Assembly (NCBI GenBank): GCA_013265495.1
Contig: MU058636.1
Coordinates: 7,890,295-7,954,294 of the forward strand
DNA length: 64,000 nucleotides
Origin: Vicugna vicugna
Taxonomy: Eukaryota
Direction of reading: 5' to 3'
The translations under genes and the position numbers were made by a program. Below, one piece after another: positions 51,285-62,622 of this stretch. The notes beneath the pieces were generated by a model. The model worked only from the letters and a program-made list of their open reading frames with translations, was not told the DNA's origin and did no database searches. Each line of letters starts with the position of its first letter. Within the stretch, counting starts at the first letter, position 1.

Positions 51285-52045
51285 GTAGGTACGAAATCGT
51301 CAAATTCATAGAAACAAGAGAGTAGCATGGTGGTTGCCAGAGGCTGGGAGGAAAGGGGAGGTACTGTGAGGTACTAGCCAAAGGGCACAAAGTTCCAGTT
51401 ACGCGAGATGAGTAAGTCCTAGAGATCAACTGCAGAGCCTGGTGTCTATGGATGTCTATGGCTAATCATAGTGTATCTTACACTTAAAAATGTGCTGAGA
51501 GGGTAAATCTTTTTTTTCTATTTCAATTCCTTTAAATTTATTGAATTTAGATCTTGGAGATATCTATATACAGGCAGTTAGAATCAGAGGCTCAAATAAC
51601 GTAGTCAGGATTCTGTATCCTTCTTCTCTTTGCTCTATTTATTTCTGTTTGGCTTCTCTCCCTGTGGTAGTACAATGGCCAAGAACAGCCCCAGGAATCT
51701 CCTAGCTTATACCTCCAGCAGGAACGGACTTCTTTTCTCTAATATTCATGTATCATAATCCCAGAATACATTAGTTTGCTCTACTTGGGTCAAGTGGTCA
51801 CTCCTGAGCTGTGATGAGAGGGTAAATCTTACATTAAGTGTTTTTATCATATACATTAAAATAATAATGCTAATAAACAAATGGGCTGGGGGTGAGATTT
51901 TGGAGGGGATGGGTATGTTTACTGCATAGAGTGTGGTGATGGTTTCATGGGTGTGGACTTATCTCCAAAGTCATCAAGCTGCAAATATTAAATATGTACA
52001 GCTTTTTGTATGTCCATCATACCTCATTAAAGTAGCTTTTTTAAA
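51285..52045 (+). mobile_element. L1MA10/L1MB-like 3'UTR interrupted by a TSD-flanked insert
   Basis: caaattcatagaaacaagagagtagcatggtggttgccagaggctggg...tgctgagagggtaaatctt | ... | acattaagtgttttta...gtggtgatggtttcatgggtgt...tacctcattaaagt. Confidence 0.85.
51512..51814 (-). pseudogene. Retrotransposed non-coding fragment (MLT1-derived sequence) with poly(A) and 16-bp TSD
   Basis: Perfect tgagagggtaaatctt at 51496-51511 and 51815-51830. T tract at 51510-51517. TTTATT (AATAAA on minus strand) at 51537-51542. Confidence 0.75.
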
Positions 52046-52639
52046 ACTGAAAAAGCAATTTGTGGGATAATATTTAGAGACGCTTAATATCTTGTTTTCC
52101 AACAACGTTATTCTCAATAGTTTTAGACCCAGTGATGATTCTTGCCTTAATCAATTACTCACTACTGATTAGGTTATGGTGATTTTCTAGTTCTATCATT
52201 ACTAACATGTTTTATTTTTTAATATTCTGCTATATATATATATACATCTCAAAGTCTGCTTGGTGTTCTCAGCATACATCCACTCTGAAGATGGAGCAGG
52301 GAGCCCTGGGGAAAGATCAGAAGACTGGAGTAAGGCCTTCTGATTAGATCCACTTTAAGGATAATACAGTTTGGCATTTACACTGCAGAAAATTGAATAA
52401 GTTATGCAACATTATCCAAGGATTCTGATTCCTCAGAATACAGAGGGAAAGGACGAGATAAACCCCCAGTAACTCCATTTAAAAAAACAATATAGGAGAT
52501 GTTACTTTATGATTATAAAAAAAATGATAAGAGAAGATTGCAGACATGGGAAGGTGAGAGATGAAACTTACAACTGGTAGATATTGACAAACGTCAGACG
52601 TGATCAAACAAAAACAATAATCAAACATATACAACAGAG

Positions 52640-54850
52640 ATCTCTATTTCCAGCAACATGGTGGACTAGATTTCCTTTTCAAAAATTTAAATACAAAACA
52701 TCTAGATATGCTAGATGAAATAAAACTAGTTTTCTAAATGCCTAACTGACCTTCCTAGAAAGTAAGAGAAACCCTCAAAGACCTCCCCCCTCCCTCCAAA
52801 AATTAAGCAGAAGCTATAGATCCTTTGAGGTCTTATCAGTTTAAGCAACAAAAAAGTCCAGGTTTTTCAACGCAGGGGGCAGAAGATAAGACTTCTAGCC
52901 CATCCACTGTGGAACGTGGGAGGTAGAATTGAGATTTCATGGAAGCTTCAGAGATATCAGAAGTCATATCCTCAGGAAAAGGAGGGGAAAGACTGCCCAT
53001 CAGCAATGGAAGATGACCCAGAAATCTGTATATCTGAGTCTAGGCTCTGAAAGGGTAGAATTGTGTTTCTTCTGAAGTCATAATCTTAAACCTACCCTCA
53101 TGGAGATTTAGGGTTAAAACATCTACTATGTGATCTAGGACCTGATGCGTAGCACCTGACAATACCTGGACAAAGCAAGTTTAAGTCCTCTTGAAAGACT
53201 TATCCAATATTTCCAAACATAAAGCTTGGTTCTTATGAATTCATAATCCAAAGATATAAGAAATTAGAATTTCTGAGTGATGTTCAGACATAACCAACAA
53301 TGGAATAGAGGCCTAAGAACTTCAGCCAAAGGAATTATGAATTTTAGAATAGATGCTTAAGGAAATGAAAGATAAAATTGAAAACATGAGGAAGAAACAA
53401 CACATTCCCCTGAAAAAAGTAATAAATCAAGAAAAATTTCAAAGAATTATATAGAATATCTGGAAATCGAAAATATAAACTTGCAAAAGCTTACTGAATT
53501 GGCGAGAATACCAAAGTGCATGGAACTGAAGAAGGAATGAGTAAACTAGAAGACAAAATTCAATCAATTGTTCAGAAAGCAGCACAGAGAGACAAAGACA
53601 TGGATAACAAGAAAAGCTGGTTTACATATGGAATATAGGATGTGAAGGTTTCACTTACACATAGTTGAAATTAGGAAAGAATAGAGAGAGAGGAGCTCTT
53701 TATGCCTCACTTTGTGAAGTTAACTTATGATGGAAAATGCTGCTGTTAAATGCAAAGTTATTAAATGAAAATATTTTATTACCATAGATGGGAAACATTA
53801 TGATGCAGTCCACCCCAAACCAAGACATCTAAATCTGCTTTCACATAGTAACTAATATCAGTGGACCAGTAAAAACCAGTTTATATACATGATAAACTAT
53901 AATTTAAAAGGAATCAAAAACAGTTTGCACATAAACTTTCCTGTAATGAAATTTATTTTATTTATTAATGGAAGAAAACTTTGGAGGAGATGATATTTGA
54001 TGAAGGAGGGGTACAAGAAAGGCACACTTTGGATGGTACATTATTCTTTCCGTATCACTTTCTTCACCTTTAGGAGAGTTTGTGATGCTCTTGCACTGAG
54101 TACAGAACAGAAAAATATATTTAGTGCAAAATTATGAATAAACTTAGTAGTGCTTCAAAATGTGAAACTGGTGCACTTGTAAAGCAAGATCCTACCACTT
54201 CAGTTCTCTAACAGAGAACAGTTTCACCTGAAGCACACAGTTCATACTTGTCCTCCTTATATTCTCTGACTAGGAACTGTTGTGTCAAGTCATTTGATGA
54301 GTGTTTTCGCCTGAAACAGAATTTTAAAATATGACTTCCGTAATGTATTTATTTAGTGTGTTGTTGGGTAAGAAAAACATTAAGCTAGAAACAAAGGGAG
54401 TAATTGTCTGAAAAGTGGTAGAATTTTTCAGGACTTTTTAAGGGGAAGAGTTACTGAGCAGACATTATATGAGGTAAGCATGTATTTGAAGGATTATGAT
54501 GGAGACTTTTGCAGAGTCGATCAAAGATAGAAATCCTTGGGTTCTGGAAGCAAAATGATCCTCAACAAGACAAATCAAGGAATCTACACCCAAACCTTTC
54601 ACAGGGGATCTGTAGAACACCAAAGGTAAGGAGAAAGCTTTAAAAGCAGCTGGATAGAGAAGACAAATTACTCACAAAATAGGCTGACAACTGATTTCTT
54701 AATAGCAGTAAAAGAATCCAGAAAACAGTGGAATAATATGTTCAAAGTTCTCTGAGAAAATAATTGCTGATCTCAAACATTTACCCAGCTAAATAACATT
54801 TCAAGAATGAGGACGAAACAAAGACTTTTCAGACAAACAATTGAGAAAAT
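52640..54850 (+). mobile_element. Old L1/HAL1 5'-ORF1 fragments, with a possible Tigger-like insert at ~53700-54200
   Basis: ORF1-like DNA: gaaggaatgagtaaactagaagaca, gaacaccaaaggtaaggagaaagctttaaaagcagc, cagtggaataatatgttcaaagttct, tacccagctaaataacatttcaagaatgagg. Confidence 0.7.
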
Positions 54851-54854
54851 TTCC

Positions 54855-55043
54855 AAATACTGTGAATTTTGTGGGCCATGCAGTCTCTGTTGCAACTACT
54901 CAAGGCCGCTACTGTTAAGGAGCAATGGTAGCCACGGAGACTACAGGAACAAATGGCTGCAGCTGTGCTCCAACAAAACTTTATGTGCAAAAACAGGCAG
55001 CAGGATGGTTGGCATGGGGAGTCAGTTTACCCACCCCTGATCT
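54855..55043. mobile_element. MER58A-like hAT MITE
   Basis: tttgtgggccatgcagtctctgttgcaactactcaa...ccaacaaaactttatgtgcaaaaacaggcagc...tttacccacccctg. Confidence 0.8.
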
Positions 55044-55699
55044 AAACGTTTAACTGTGGCAGGGACATCTGTCCCCATAATGGCTCACTAGGCAATCTGG
55101 TGCTGGCTATTGGCAGGAGACTGTAGTCCCTCATCTTTTCTGCTTAAGTGTCCCCACAACACTGTGGCCGGCCTCCCCCAGGGAGAACAGGCAGAAGCAG
55201 CAATGTCCTTATGGCTTCAAAAGTCACGCATCATCACTTCAACTATGTCCTGTTGGTCACTCTGACCAAGATTAACAGCAGAAGCCCACCGACTCTGGTT
55301 GAGGTAAACAGAAAACAGTTTACGGGAAGGATGTCAGGATTTCATAGAAGCAGTGAAAGGTCAGGAGTGCGAGATTCAGAAAGAGAAACAGGCGACCCTG
55401 GAGGCTGGGAACCCAGGTCAACCCCACGCCCACACCAAGCAAGGCCATGGTGTAGGTTTCCCACGCTGGTAGACACTTGTGTCCTTCCGCCCTAGACTTG
55501 CGGTCCCTGAGGAGAGAGCCTGGCTGAAGCTGCCTGCTGCTGGCTGGAGGAAGGTAGGACTTTCTTTCATTGTCCCACAGAGACCGCTCACCATCTAGAG
55601 AGGTTTAAGAAACTGAAGACCCAATAGGAGGAGGCTGCGTGTCAGCGGTTCCAAAAGAGTCACTGTTCCCTCCCGCGGGGATGATGAGACCTGGTTCAA

Positions 55700-55965
55700 C
55701 GAGGTCATAAGGGTGAGGCCCCAATCCAGAAGTGCTGGTGTCCATCTGAGAAGAGGAAGAGATACCCGGGATCTGACTCTCCCCATGTGCACAGAGGAAA
55801 GGCCATGCGAAGAGACGGGAGAAGTCAGCCATTTATGAGCAAGGAGAGAGGCCTCAGAAGCAACCAAACCCGCCAACGACTTGATCTTGAACTTGTCAGC
55901 CTTCAGAATTGAGAAAATAAATGTCTTATTGTTTAAGCCACCCAGTCTAGTTTTTTGTTATGGCC
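55700..55965 (+). mobile_element. MLT1B-like MaLR LTR (truncated)
   Basis: gaggtcataagggtgaggccccaatcca...gcacagaggaaaggccatg...gagaaaataaatgtcttattgtttaagccacccagtct. Confidence 0.85.
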
Positions 55966-56363
55966 TGTTATGGACTGAATGGGTCCCTCTAAAATACATA
56001 TACATAAAATAGGTTGAAACCTTGATGGGGCCCCTAAGGGAGTAATTAAGGTTAAACGGTGTCACAGGGTGGGTAGGGACTTGATCCAGTAGGATTAGTG
56101 TCCTTATTAAGAAGAGACACCAGAGAGCAGAGAGCTTGTGCTCTTGCTCTCACTCTCGCTCTCTCTCTGGCTCTCCATGAGCACAAAGGGGAGGTCATGT
56201 GCACACACAGTGAGGTGGCAGCCACCTATAAGCCAAGAGAAAGGGCCTCAGAAGAAATCTTGATCTTCGACTTTTCAGCATCCAAAACTGTGATAAATAA
56301 ATCTCTGTTGTTCAAGCTACCCAGGCTGTGATAGTTTGCTCTGATGACAGAAAAAGACTAACA
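55966..56363 (+). mobile_element. MLT1A/B-like MaLR LTR
   Basis: tgttatggactgaat...aattaaggttaaacggtgtcacagggtggg...ataaatctctgttgttcaagctacccagg...gactaaca. Confidence 0.85.
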
Positions 56364-56499
56364 TAAAATCTGTGGGGGAGAAAAGTACACTGAAATGATA
56401 CTCTCAAGAGGGCTAGGATCTGGGAAACTACTGAAAGGTAGACTCTTAAAATTGCTATTACAGAGTCTGTCATAAAAGCAATTGATTGTCTTGCCTCCC

Positions 56500-56900
56500 T
56501 TCCTACATTCCTCTAATCCATTAATTTTTAACTAGCAAATCTGATAGCGTCAGTCCCTTACACACACAAAAAAGTCCCTACGTTATAAAAAGCCCAAACT
56601 CCTTAACGTGGAAGATAAGCCTCTCCAATACTTGGTTTCTAGCTACTTTCCTGAATTGTTTCTTCATAAATCTCACCTCTGCATCCTGGGTGCCAACTGT
56701 ACCAAACTATTTGTAGGCCTCTGAGCATTACAAACTTTATCGTATGTTCCTTCTGTCTATCATGCCCTTTTATCCTCGTCCACGTGGATCTTGCAAGGCT
56801 CAACTTAAGTATCACTTCTTTTCTGAAGTGATTCTTAAGTCATCCAAATAAAATTCCCCATGCATTCATAGCACCTACAACATTTTATTTTTCTTACTAT
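56500..56900 (+). mobile_element. L2 fragment
   Basis: aaaagcccaaactccttaacgtgg...aaggctcaacttaagtatcacttcttttctgaag. Confidence 0.6.
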
Positions 56901-56930
56901 TTTTGTCAGTGCTTATTAAATTCTAAGTGA

Positions 56931-59520
56931 ATAGTTCTCAAAAGATGTGATGTAGGCCCCTAGGATGCATTTTACAAACGCAAGGAGCATTTTTGGTTGT
57001 CACGAGATTGGAGCTTGGGGGAACTCTACAAACATTGTGTATAGGGCCAGGGATGCTAGCCGCCTGCAGTATGCAGACAGGCCTGTACCAAAACTGAACT
57101 GTAGGCACCGTGTAAGTAAGTGAAAAACTTACTTACAATTGTCTGAGTTGAGATTCAAACTCTGGTTTATAAAACCAAAAGTATGAGTCCACGGTGTTAA
57201 TACATATTGGACTCGCAGGAATGCAACTACCATATAAACTGAGGAAAGAATGTACTTGGTTTTTGTTCAGAACTCTACCAAGTGTTGTTCCCATTGCAAA
57301 AGTCAGGTCACCAAGGGTAACAGCATAGGCAGTATTTGAGTCACCAAAACAGCACAACTGCACCGGTCTGCATTTGTAGCATGTAGAATCATGGTGATTC
57401 TAAGTAAATGTACAAATTTCCTCATTTAGCTTTTCTTTCAAAATGTCAAATATGAATTTTAAATGTGAGCAAATATTCAGCTAAATATTTGAAACTGGGT
57501 TTTGCAGCTTTCTGTACAAATGAACAGTCACCAATGTGCCTATTCTGCCAATGCACTTTTTCTAATTAAACCAACGAATATATCAAGATTAAGTGAACAT
57601 TTTACAAAGGAACATTTTGATCAAATTGGAAAAGACACACACATATATCTCATATTTAAAGAATACTAAGAACTGCAAGACTGTCACTGGAATGTTTGAC
57701 ATTGTTCTGTGCAGAAGGAGATGGGCCTCACTGTTTCTTACTGAACGTGAATGATTACAGAATACAGTATGCCACACAATAGTCAAAAAAAGTTAATCTC
57801 AGCTGTATAAAACATTACTACAAAAAAGGATGAAAAATCATATTAAACCACTTTCTCTATTCCATGGCAATCTTGCTTCCAGAAGGTTACAAAGGACATT
57901 GAAATCTACTGCATAATGTAAATAAATCTTTACTACAAGAAGATGAAAACAACCTTTATGATAGAGAAGCTTCACCATTTGCTCATGTAAAGATTTCATG
58001 GCCAGAAAATATTTTAGAAAAAAATGTTGTTTTCAAAATGACTGACAATGCGGTAGCCAAGGCATGGAAGCAACTTAAATGTCCACTGACAGAAGAATGG
58101 ATAAAGAAGATGTGGCATACATATATATAATGGAATGTTACCCAGCCAAAACAAGAATGAAATAATGCCATTTGCAGTAACATGGATGGGCCTAGAGATG
58201 ATCATATAAACTGAAGTAAGCCAGACAAAGACAAATATCATACAGTATCACATATATGTGGAATCTAAAAAAAAAAAATGATACAAATGATCTTATTTAC
58301 AAAACAGAAGTAGACTCAGACATAGAAAACAAACTTATGGTTACCAAAGGGGAAGGCGGAGAGGGAAAAAATTAGGAGTTTGGGATTAACATATAAACAC
58401 TACTGTATATAAAATAGATAAACAACAAGGATCTACTGTATAGCACAGGGAACTATATTCATTATCTTGTAATAACCTACAATGAAAATAATCTGAAAAA
58501 GAATACATATATGTGTATATATATATACACATACATATATATATATATAAAACGGAATCACTTGGCTGTACACCTAAGACTAGCACAACATTGTAAATCA
58601 ACTATACTTCAATCTTTAAAAAGCTGTAGGACACCAACAACAACAACAACCATGGCGACATAACAGAGTGATTTAAATGCCAGAAAATGTAAGCCTTGTG
58701 AGAACAAAAATGCTCTTTTGTCGGCTACTCCATTCCCACTGACTAGAACAACGAATATTTTTCAAATAAATTTAAAGAATTGATTATAACAATAAAATCA
58801 TATATATTATAACCCTTAGGCATCACAAGACCATACATCATCAAAGAAAGTTTTCTTTAAAATCAGTGTTATACCAGCCAAGGGTGAGAACAAAGAATTC
58901 CCACAGCGGTTGGAGGCCTTGCTGTGTTATATCTTCTCATTTTCCGCACTGAATCAGAAAGTATTCTGAATTCTAAAAATTGGCCAGAAAAATTAATAGA
59001 TTCTGATTAACTGAAAAAAGAGATCACCAGTGAATACAAAAGAATTGTCAATATTTAAAACGCTCAAAATTACTTGAAAGAAAAAAAAACTTTTCCCAAC
59101 ATCATTGCTTATTTAACAGATGGAGCATGAGTAAATTAGTTCAGAGCCAATTTAAAATGTTTATAAAAAGTCATTTCATTATTCATCAGCAGTATTTAAT
59201 TACCGAGACTCTTAGAGAAGGAGACCATGGATCTAAGAATGTTTAAAAGTAATTCCCTCACTGATATATTACCCATAATTTATCAAATGTCAAAGAAGAA
59301 ACTGAATGTCCTGTCCAAATAAAATGGTTCCCCAAGAAATTGTTTTAAAAGATTTGGCTCACATTATGGACTTTTGTGAAATTTTTGATGTAATCAATGA
59401 AAAAAGAAATATCAAATGTGAAATATTGCAAAACAATGAGGTATATCTTTCAAGACATGCTTGTGAAGGTGTTTCTCTTTACTCAGTTTATAAGTATTTT
59501 AATTTATATTTTGTATATTA
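56931..59520 (+). mobile_element. hAT-Charlie transposon fossil (MER20-like end, BED finger, catalytic region), split by an L1
   Basis: KYSAKYLKLGF...SPMCLFCQCTFSN then (frameshift) SRLSEHFTKEH near 57470-57620. IAYLTDGA near 59104 and IIHQQYL near 59180. Confidence 0.75.
58053..58622 (+). mobile_element. Artiodactyl-type L1 3' end with (TA)n
   Basis: tagccaaggcatggaagcaacttaaatgtccactgacagaagaatggataaagaagatgtgg...ttgtaaatcaactatacttcaat. Confidence 0.9.
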
Positions 59521-59529
59521 ATAGCATAT

Positions 59530-60180
59530 TTTTAAGTATACCCAAAAATTGAAAGACTAGGACAATAAACACCCTTATCCTCACTACCTAGATGCAACAA
59601 TTTTAAGTATTTTTCCATAATTGTTTACTATAGATATTTAAACATTTCAAAATAAAATGTACATATCATATCACTTCCACCTATTAATCTCAAGCATAAA
59701 TCTCCAGAATATAAGGATATTCTCTTATATAACCACAATGTCATTAGCACATCTAAAAAATTCTGAAATAGTTATCTAATGTTACTTGATACTCAGTCCA
59801 TTTTCAAATGTTTCCAACTATCCCCTCAAAACTTGTATTATTGTTTAATGTTGTTGCTTTTAAGGGGATCTAATCAAGTTTCACACACTGCATTTGTTAG
59901 ATGATTCTCCAGTCTCTTTTAATCCAAAAAATGTGTCGACCCTATCTTTAGAAAAAAATTTTTTAATATTGAATTTTTTCCACCAGGCAGTCATCTTTTA
60001 GAATTTTCACATTCTAGATGTTTCTGAGTTGTCTCCTCAGTGTGAGGTTTGACTTACACTTCCCTCTCTCCCCTACAAACAGAAAATTTGTTCTATAGGC
60101 TTCATTTGATTCAAGGTAAACAGTTTTGGCCAGAATACATCCTATGTGGTGCTGATGCTTCCTATCTGCTCACACAGAAG
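59530..60180 (-). mobile_element. Old L1MC/ME 3' fragment
   Basis: aagtatacccaaaaattgaaagactagg...ataaggatattctcttatataaccacaatg...ttttggccagaatacatcctatgtggtgctg. Confidence 0.65.
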
Positions 60181-61065
60181 GCCTGGCTTTCCGAGGTTAC
60201 TAAAGCAATCATGTGGGGAAGGAGGGACAGTGACGTCTCTCCAAGGGTCAACCTGCATCTACAATGTAAATGAAGTTCTCTCAGACTCTAAGGAAAGGGG
60301 ATTGATCTCATTACGCTGAAGGGAATCATCTAGGCTTTTTCAACAAATCAGGCATATTAAAATAACCTCACTCACTGAGGATTTTTATAGTTTCCAGCTT
60401 TGGAGCATAATCTATCTATTACGGGGGCAGATGAAAGGATACAGACTCAGAAACACATTGCTCTCATGTGGATGATTAGATTTAAAGATCAGTTAACATT
60501 TTACTCCACCAGACTGGGTGGAGTTTTAAGCACATGTGGAACATGTTAGGCAGCATTTTCAAGAAAAATTGAGCTTCAAAAGGACTCTGAGGACAAAGCA
60601 TGATTTAATCATTCTAATTTAAAAGGTTTGGGATCCAGCTAAGACTTTCACACCCAGTTGATTGAAAAGAAGCTAAGTTATGGCAGCATTTCCTACTACC
60701 TACTTTTTCTATTTAATTCTGATATTCAGAGTCCCCAGAGGTCCCCCACAATCTCTCCAGAGACTTTTGGATGACTGTTTCTTTTTTCCAGTCACTTCTT
60801 TATTCATTGTTGCTTACTAGAGAATGGTCTTTCAGATGTCTTTAAGTTCTAGAGGCTAGATGCAGCACTCAATAAATTGTAGGACTTTTAGATAGAAGAA
60901 ATGTTATCTGAGATACTCTTATCAGGATCCCATATGATAATACAGAAAATTATTTCACCCTTGGTTTATAAATAATGCCCAACTCAGTCTTCACCATTTT
61001 CTCCCTTTGACAGCTCATAATTTGTTTCCGAGTGTTTTCCCTACTTCAATTGTTTCCCCTCTTTC

Positions 61066-61208
61066 TTTTTTCTTTTTCTTTTTCTTTGGTTTCTTTTTTT
61101 TTTAATTGAAGTATAGTCAGTTACAGTGTGTCAATTTCTGGTATACAGCATAATGTCCTAGTCAAACATATATATACATATATTCATTTTCATATTCGTT
61201 TTCATTGG
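61066..61208 (-). mobile_element. Short camelid-type L1 3' end with TSD
   Basis: T-rich tail plus aattgaagtatagtcagttacagtgtgtcaatttctggtatacagcata. CCCCTCTTTC at 61056-61065 and 61210-61219. Confidence 0.85.
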
Positions 61209-61489
61209 CCCCCTCTTTCATATCATATGCAAGTGATCTGGTTTGTTTTAATTTATCCTACATTATTTCCATTCTGGTGTCCTCCCATGCCTCTGCTCTT
61301 TCCTTGTCCTGTACCCCTTGTAGGAAAAGATTTCTAACCTTCTTACTCATTTTAGTAAAGACATCTGACTACATCATTATATTTTCCAGCCTAACTGTGC
61401 CTGAAAATTAGCCTATTGGATACACACATTGTTTTATTACAAATTACTTTCTTTTTCTGTCTCCTTTATATTACATTTAGGGCAATGAT

Positions 61490-61685
61490 TTTTTTAATTG
61501 CGGTAAAATACACATAACATAAACTTTCCATCTTAACCTTTTAAAAATATACAGTTTAGTAGTGTTAAGTATAGTTAAATATATGCACATTGTTGTACAA
61601 CCAACTTCCAGAACATTTCCAGCTTGCAAAACTGAAACTCTTTACTCTTTACTCATGCCTCTTTGCCCCCAGCCCCTCAGGACAA
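61490..61685 (-). mobile_element. L1MB-like 3' end
   Basis: ttttaattgcggtaaaatacacataacataaactttccatcttaacc...cagaacatttccagcttgcaaaactgaaactct. Confidence 0.8.
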
Positions 61686-61800
61686 TCTTGATTTTTAAAT
61701 TATGTGCATTAAGTACATTATATTAAATGGGAATTTCATTTTGGGATAAGGAGTTTTATAAAAATATTTGATAAAAACAAGAGGGACTTTAGGATTTTAA

Positions 61801-62171
61801 TGTGAGATGGTTAATTTTATGTATCAAATTGACTGGGCTACAAAATATATGTAGTCGAGTATACATCTTGGTAGAAATTACTGCTTATCACAAAGAACAA
61901 ATATCTCAAGTTAATAATTTTAGTGCTTTTCTATGTATGGGAAGATTCAAGAATCTGGGGTCATTGAAATTCTCCCTGAAATATGCATCTAAGTATCTAG
62001 GGGCCCCTTTCTCCAAAGCACAGAGGACCTCATCCTGTCTTTCATCCTGAATGCCGAGTGGGTTGTGACTTATCCCTTGTAGAACTGGGGAACGAGCGGC
62101 TCTTTGTTCTTTTTGTTCACACTGTGTATATCCTATTAGTTCTATTTCTCCAGAGAACCCTGACTACTACA
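61801..62171 (+). mobile_element. MLT2 (ERVL) LTR ends enclosing an antisense ERV1 LTR fragment (~61850-62121)
   Basis: 5' gatggttaattttatgtatcaaattgactgggcta; 3' atcctattagttctatttctccagagaaccctgactactaca. The inner part resembles the reverse complement of the LTR at 48935-49387. Confidence 0.75.
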
Positions 62172-62279
62172 CAGGATGAAGGACCACTACTCAGCTACTG
62201 GAAGGAAGAGTGTTTCATTTATCTTGGTATTTCCAGGGCCTATAGCATGTGGAATAATAGAAGCTCAAGAAATGTTTAT

Positions 62280-62306
62280 TGACTGACTGACTGACTGACT
62301 GACTGA
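62280..62306. repeat. (TGAC)6 microsatellite at the tail of an L2 3' end
   Basis: gctcaagaaatgtttat-tgactgactgactgactgactgactga. Confidence 0.9.
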
Positions 62307-62307
62307 T

Positions 62308-62622
62308 ATGTTAAGTGAAAAAAAAAATCAGAAAAGACCACATATTGTATGATACTATTTAATAAAACGTCTGAATATACAAATCAATAGAGACAAAAGT
62401 AGAATAGTGGTTGCCAAGGGCTGGGGGAGGGAAATGGGAAGACAGAATGGGGGATGGCTGCTAATAAGTGTAAGGTTTCTTTTTGAGTTGAATATGTTCG
62501 AAAATTATATAATGGTGATGGTTGCACAACTCCATAAATATATTTAAAAACTGAATTGTACACTTTAAGTGGGTAAATTTTATGATATGCAAATTATGTC
62601 TTGACAAAGGTTTTTTTAAAAA
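62308..62622 (+). mobile_element. L1MB/ME-like 3'UTR fragment
   Basis: gaccacatattgtatgatac...caatagagacaaaagtagaatagtggttgccaagggctgggg...gaattgtacactttaagtgggt. Confidence 0.85.

Noticed and set aside
48935..62121. Two related ERV1 LTRs as ends of one provirus
   Set aside because: Opposite orientation, clearly diverged, and no gag/pol/env-like sequence recognised between them.
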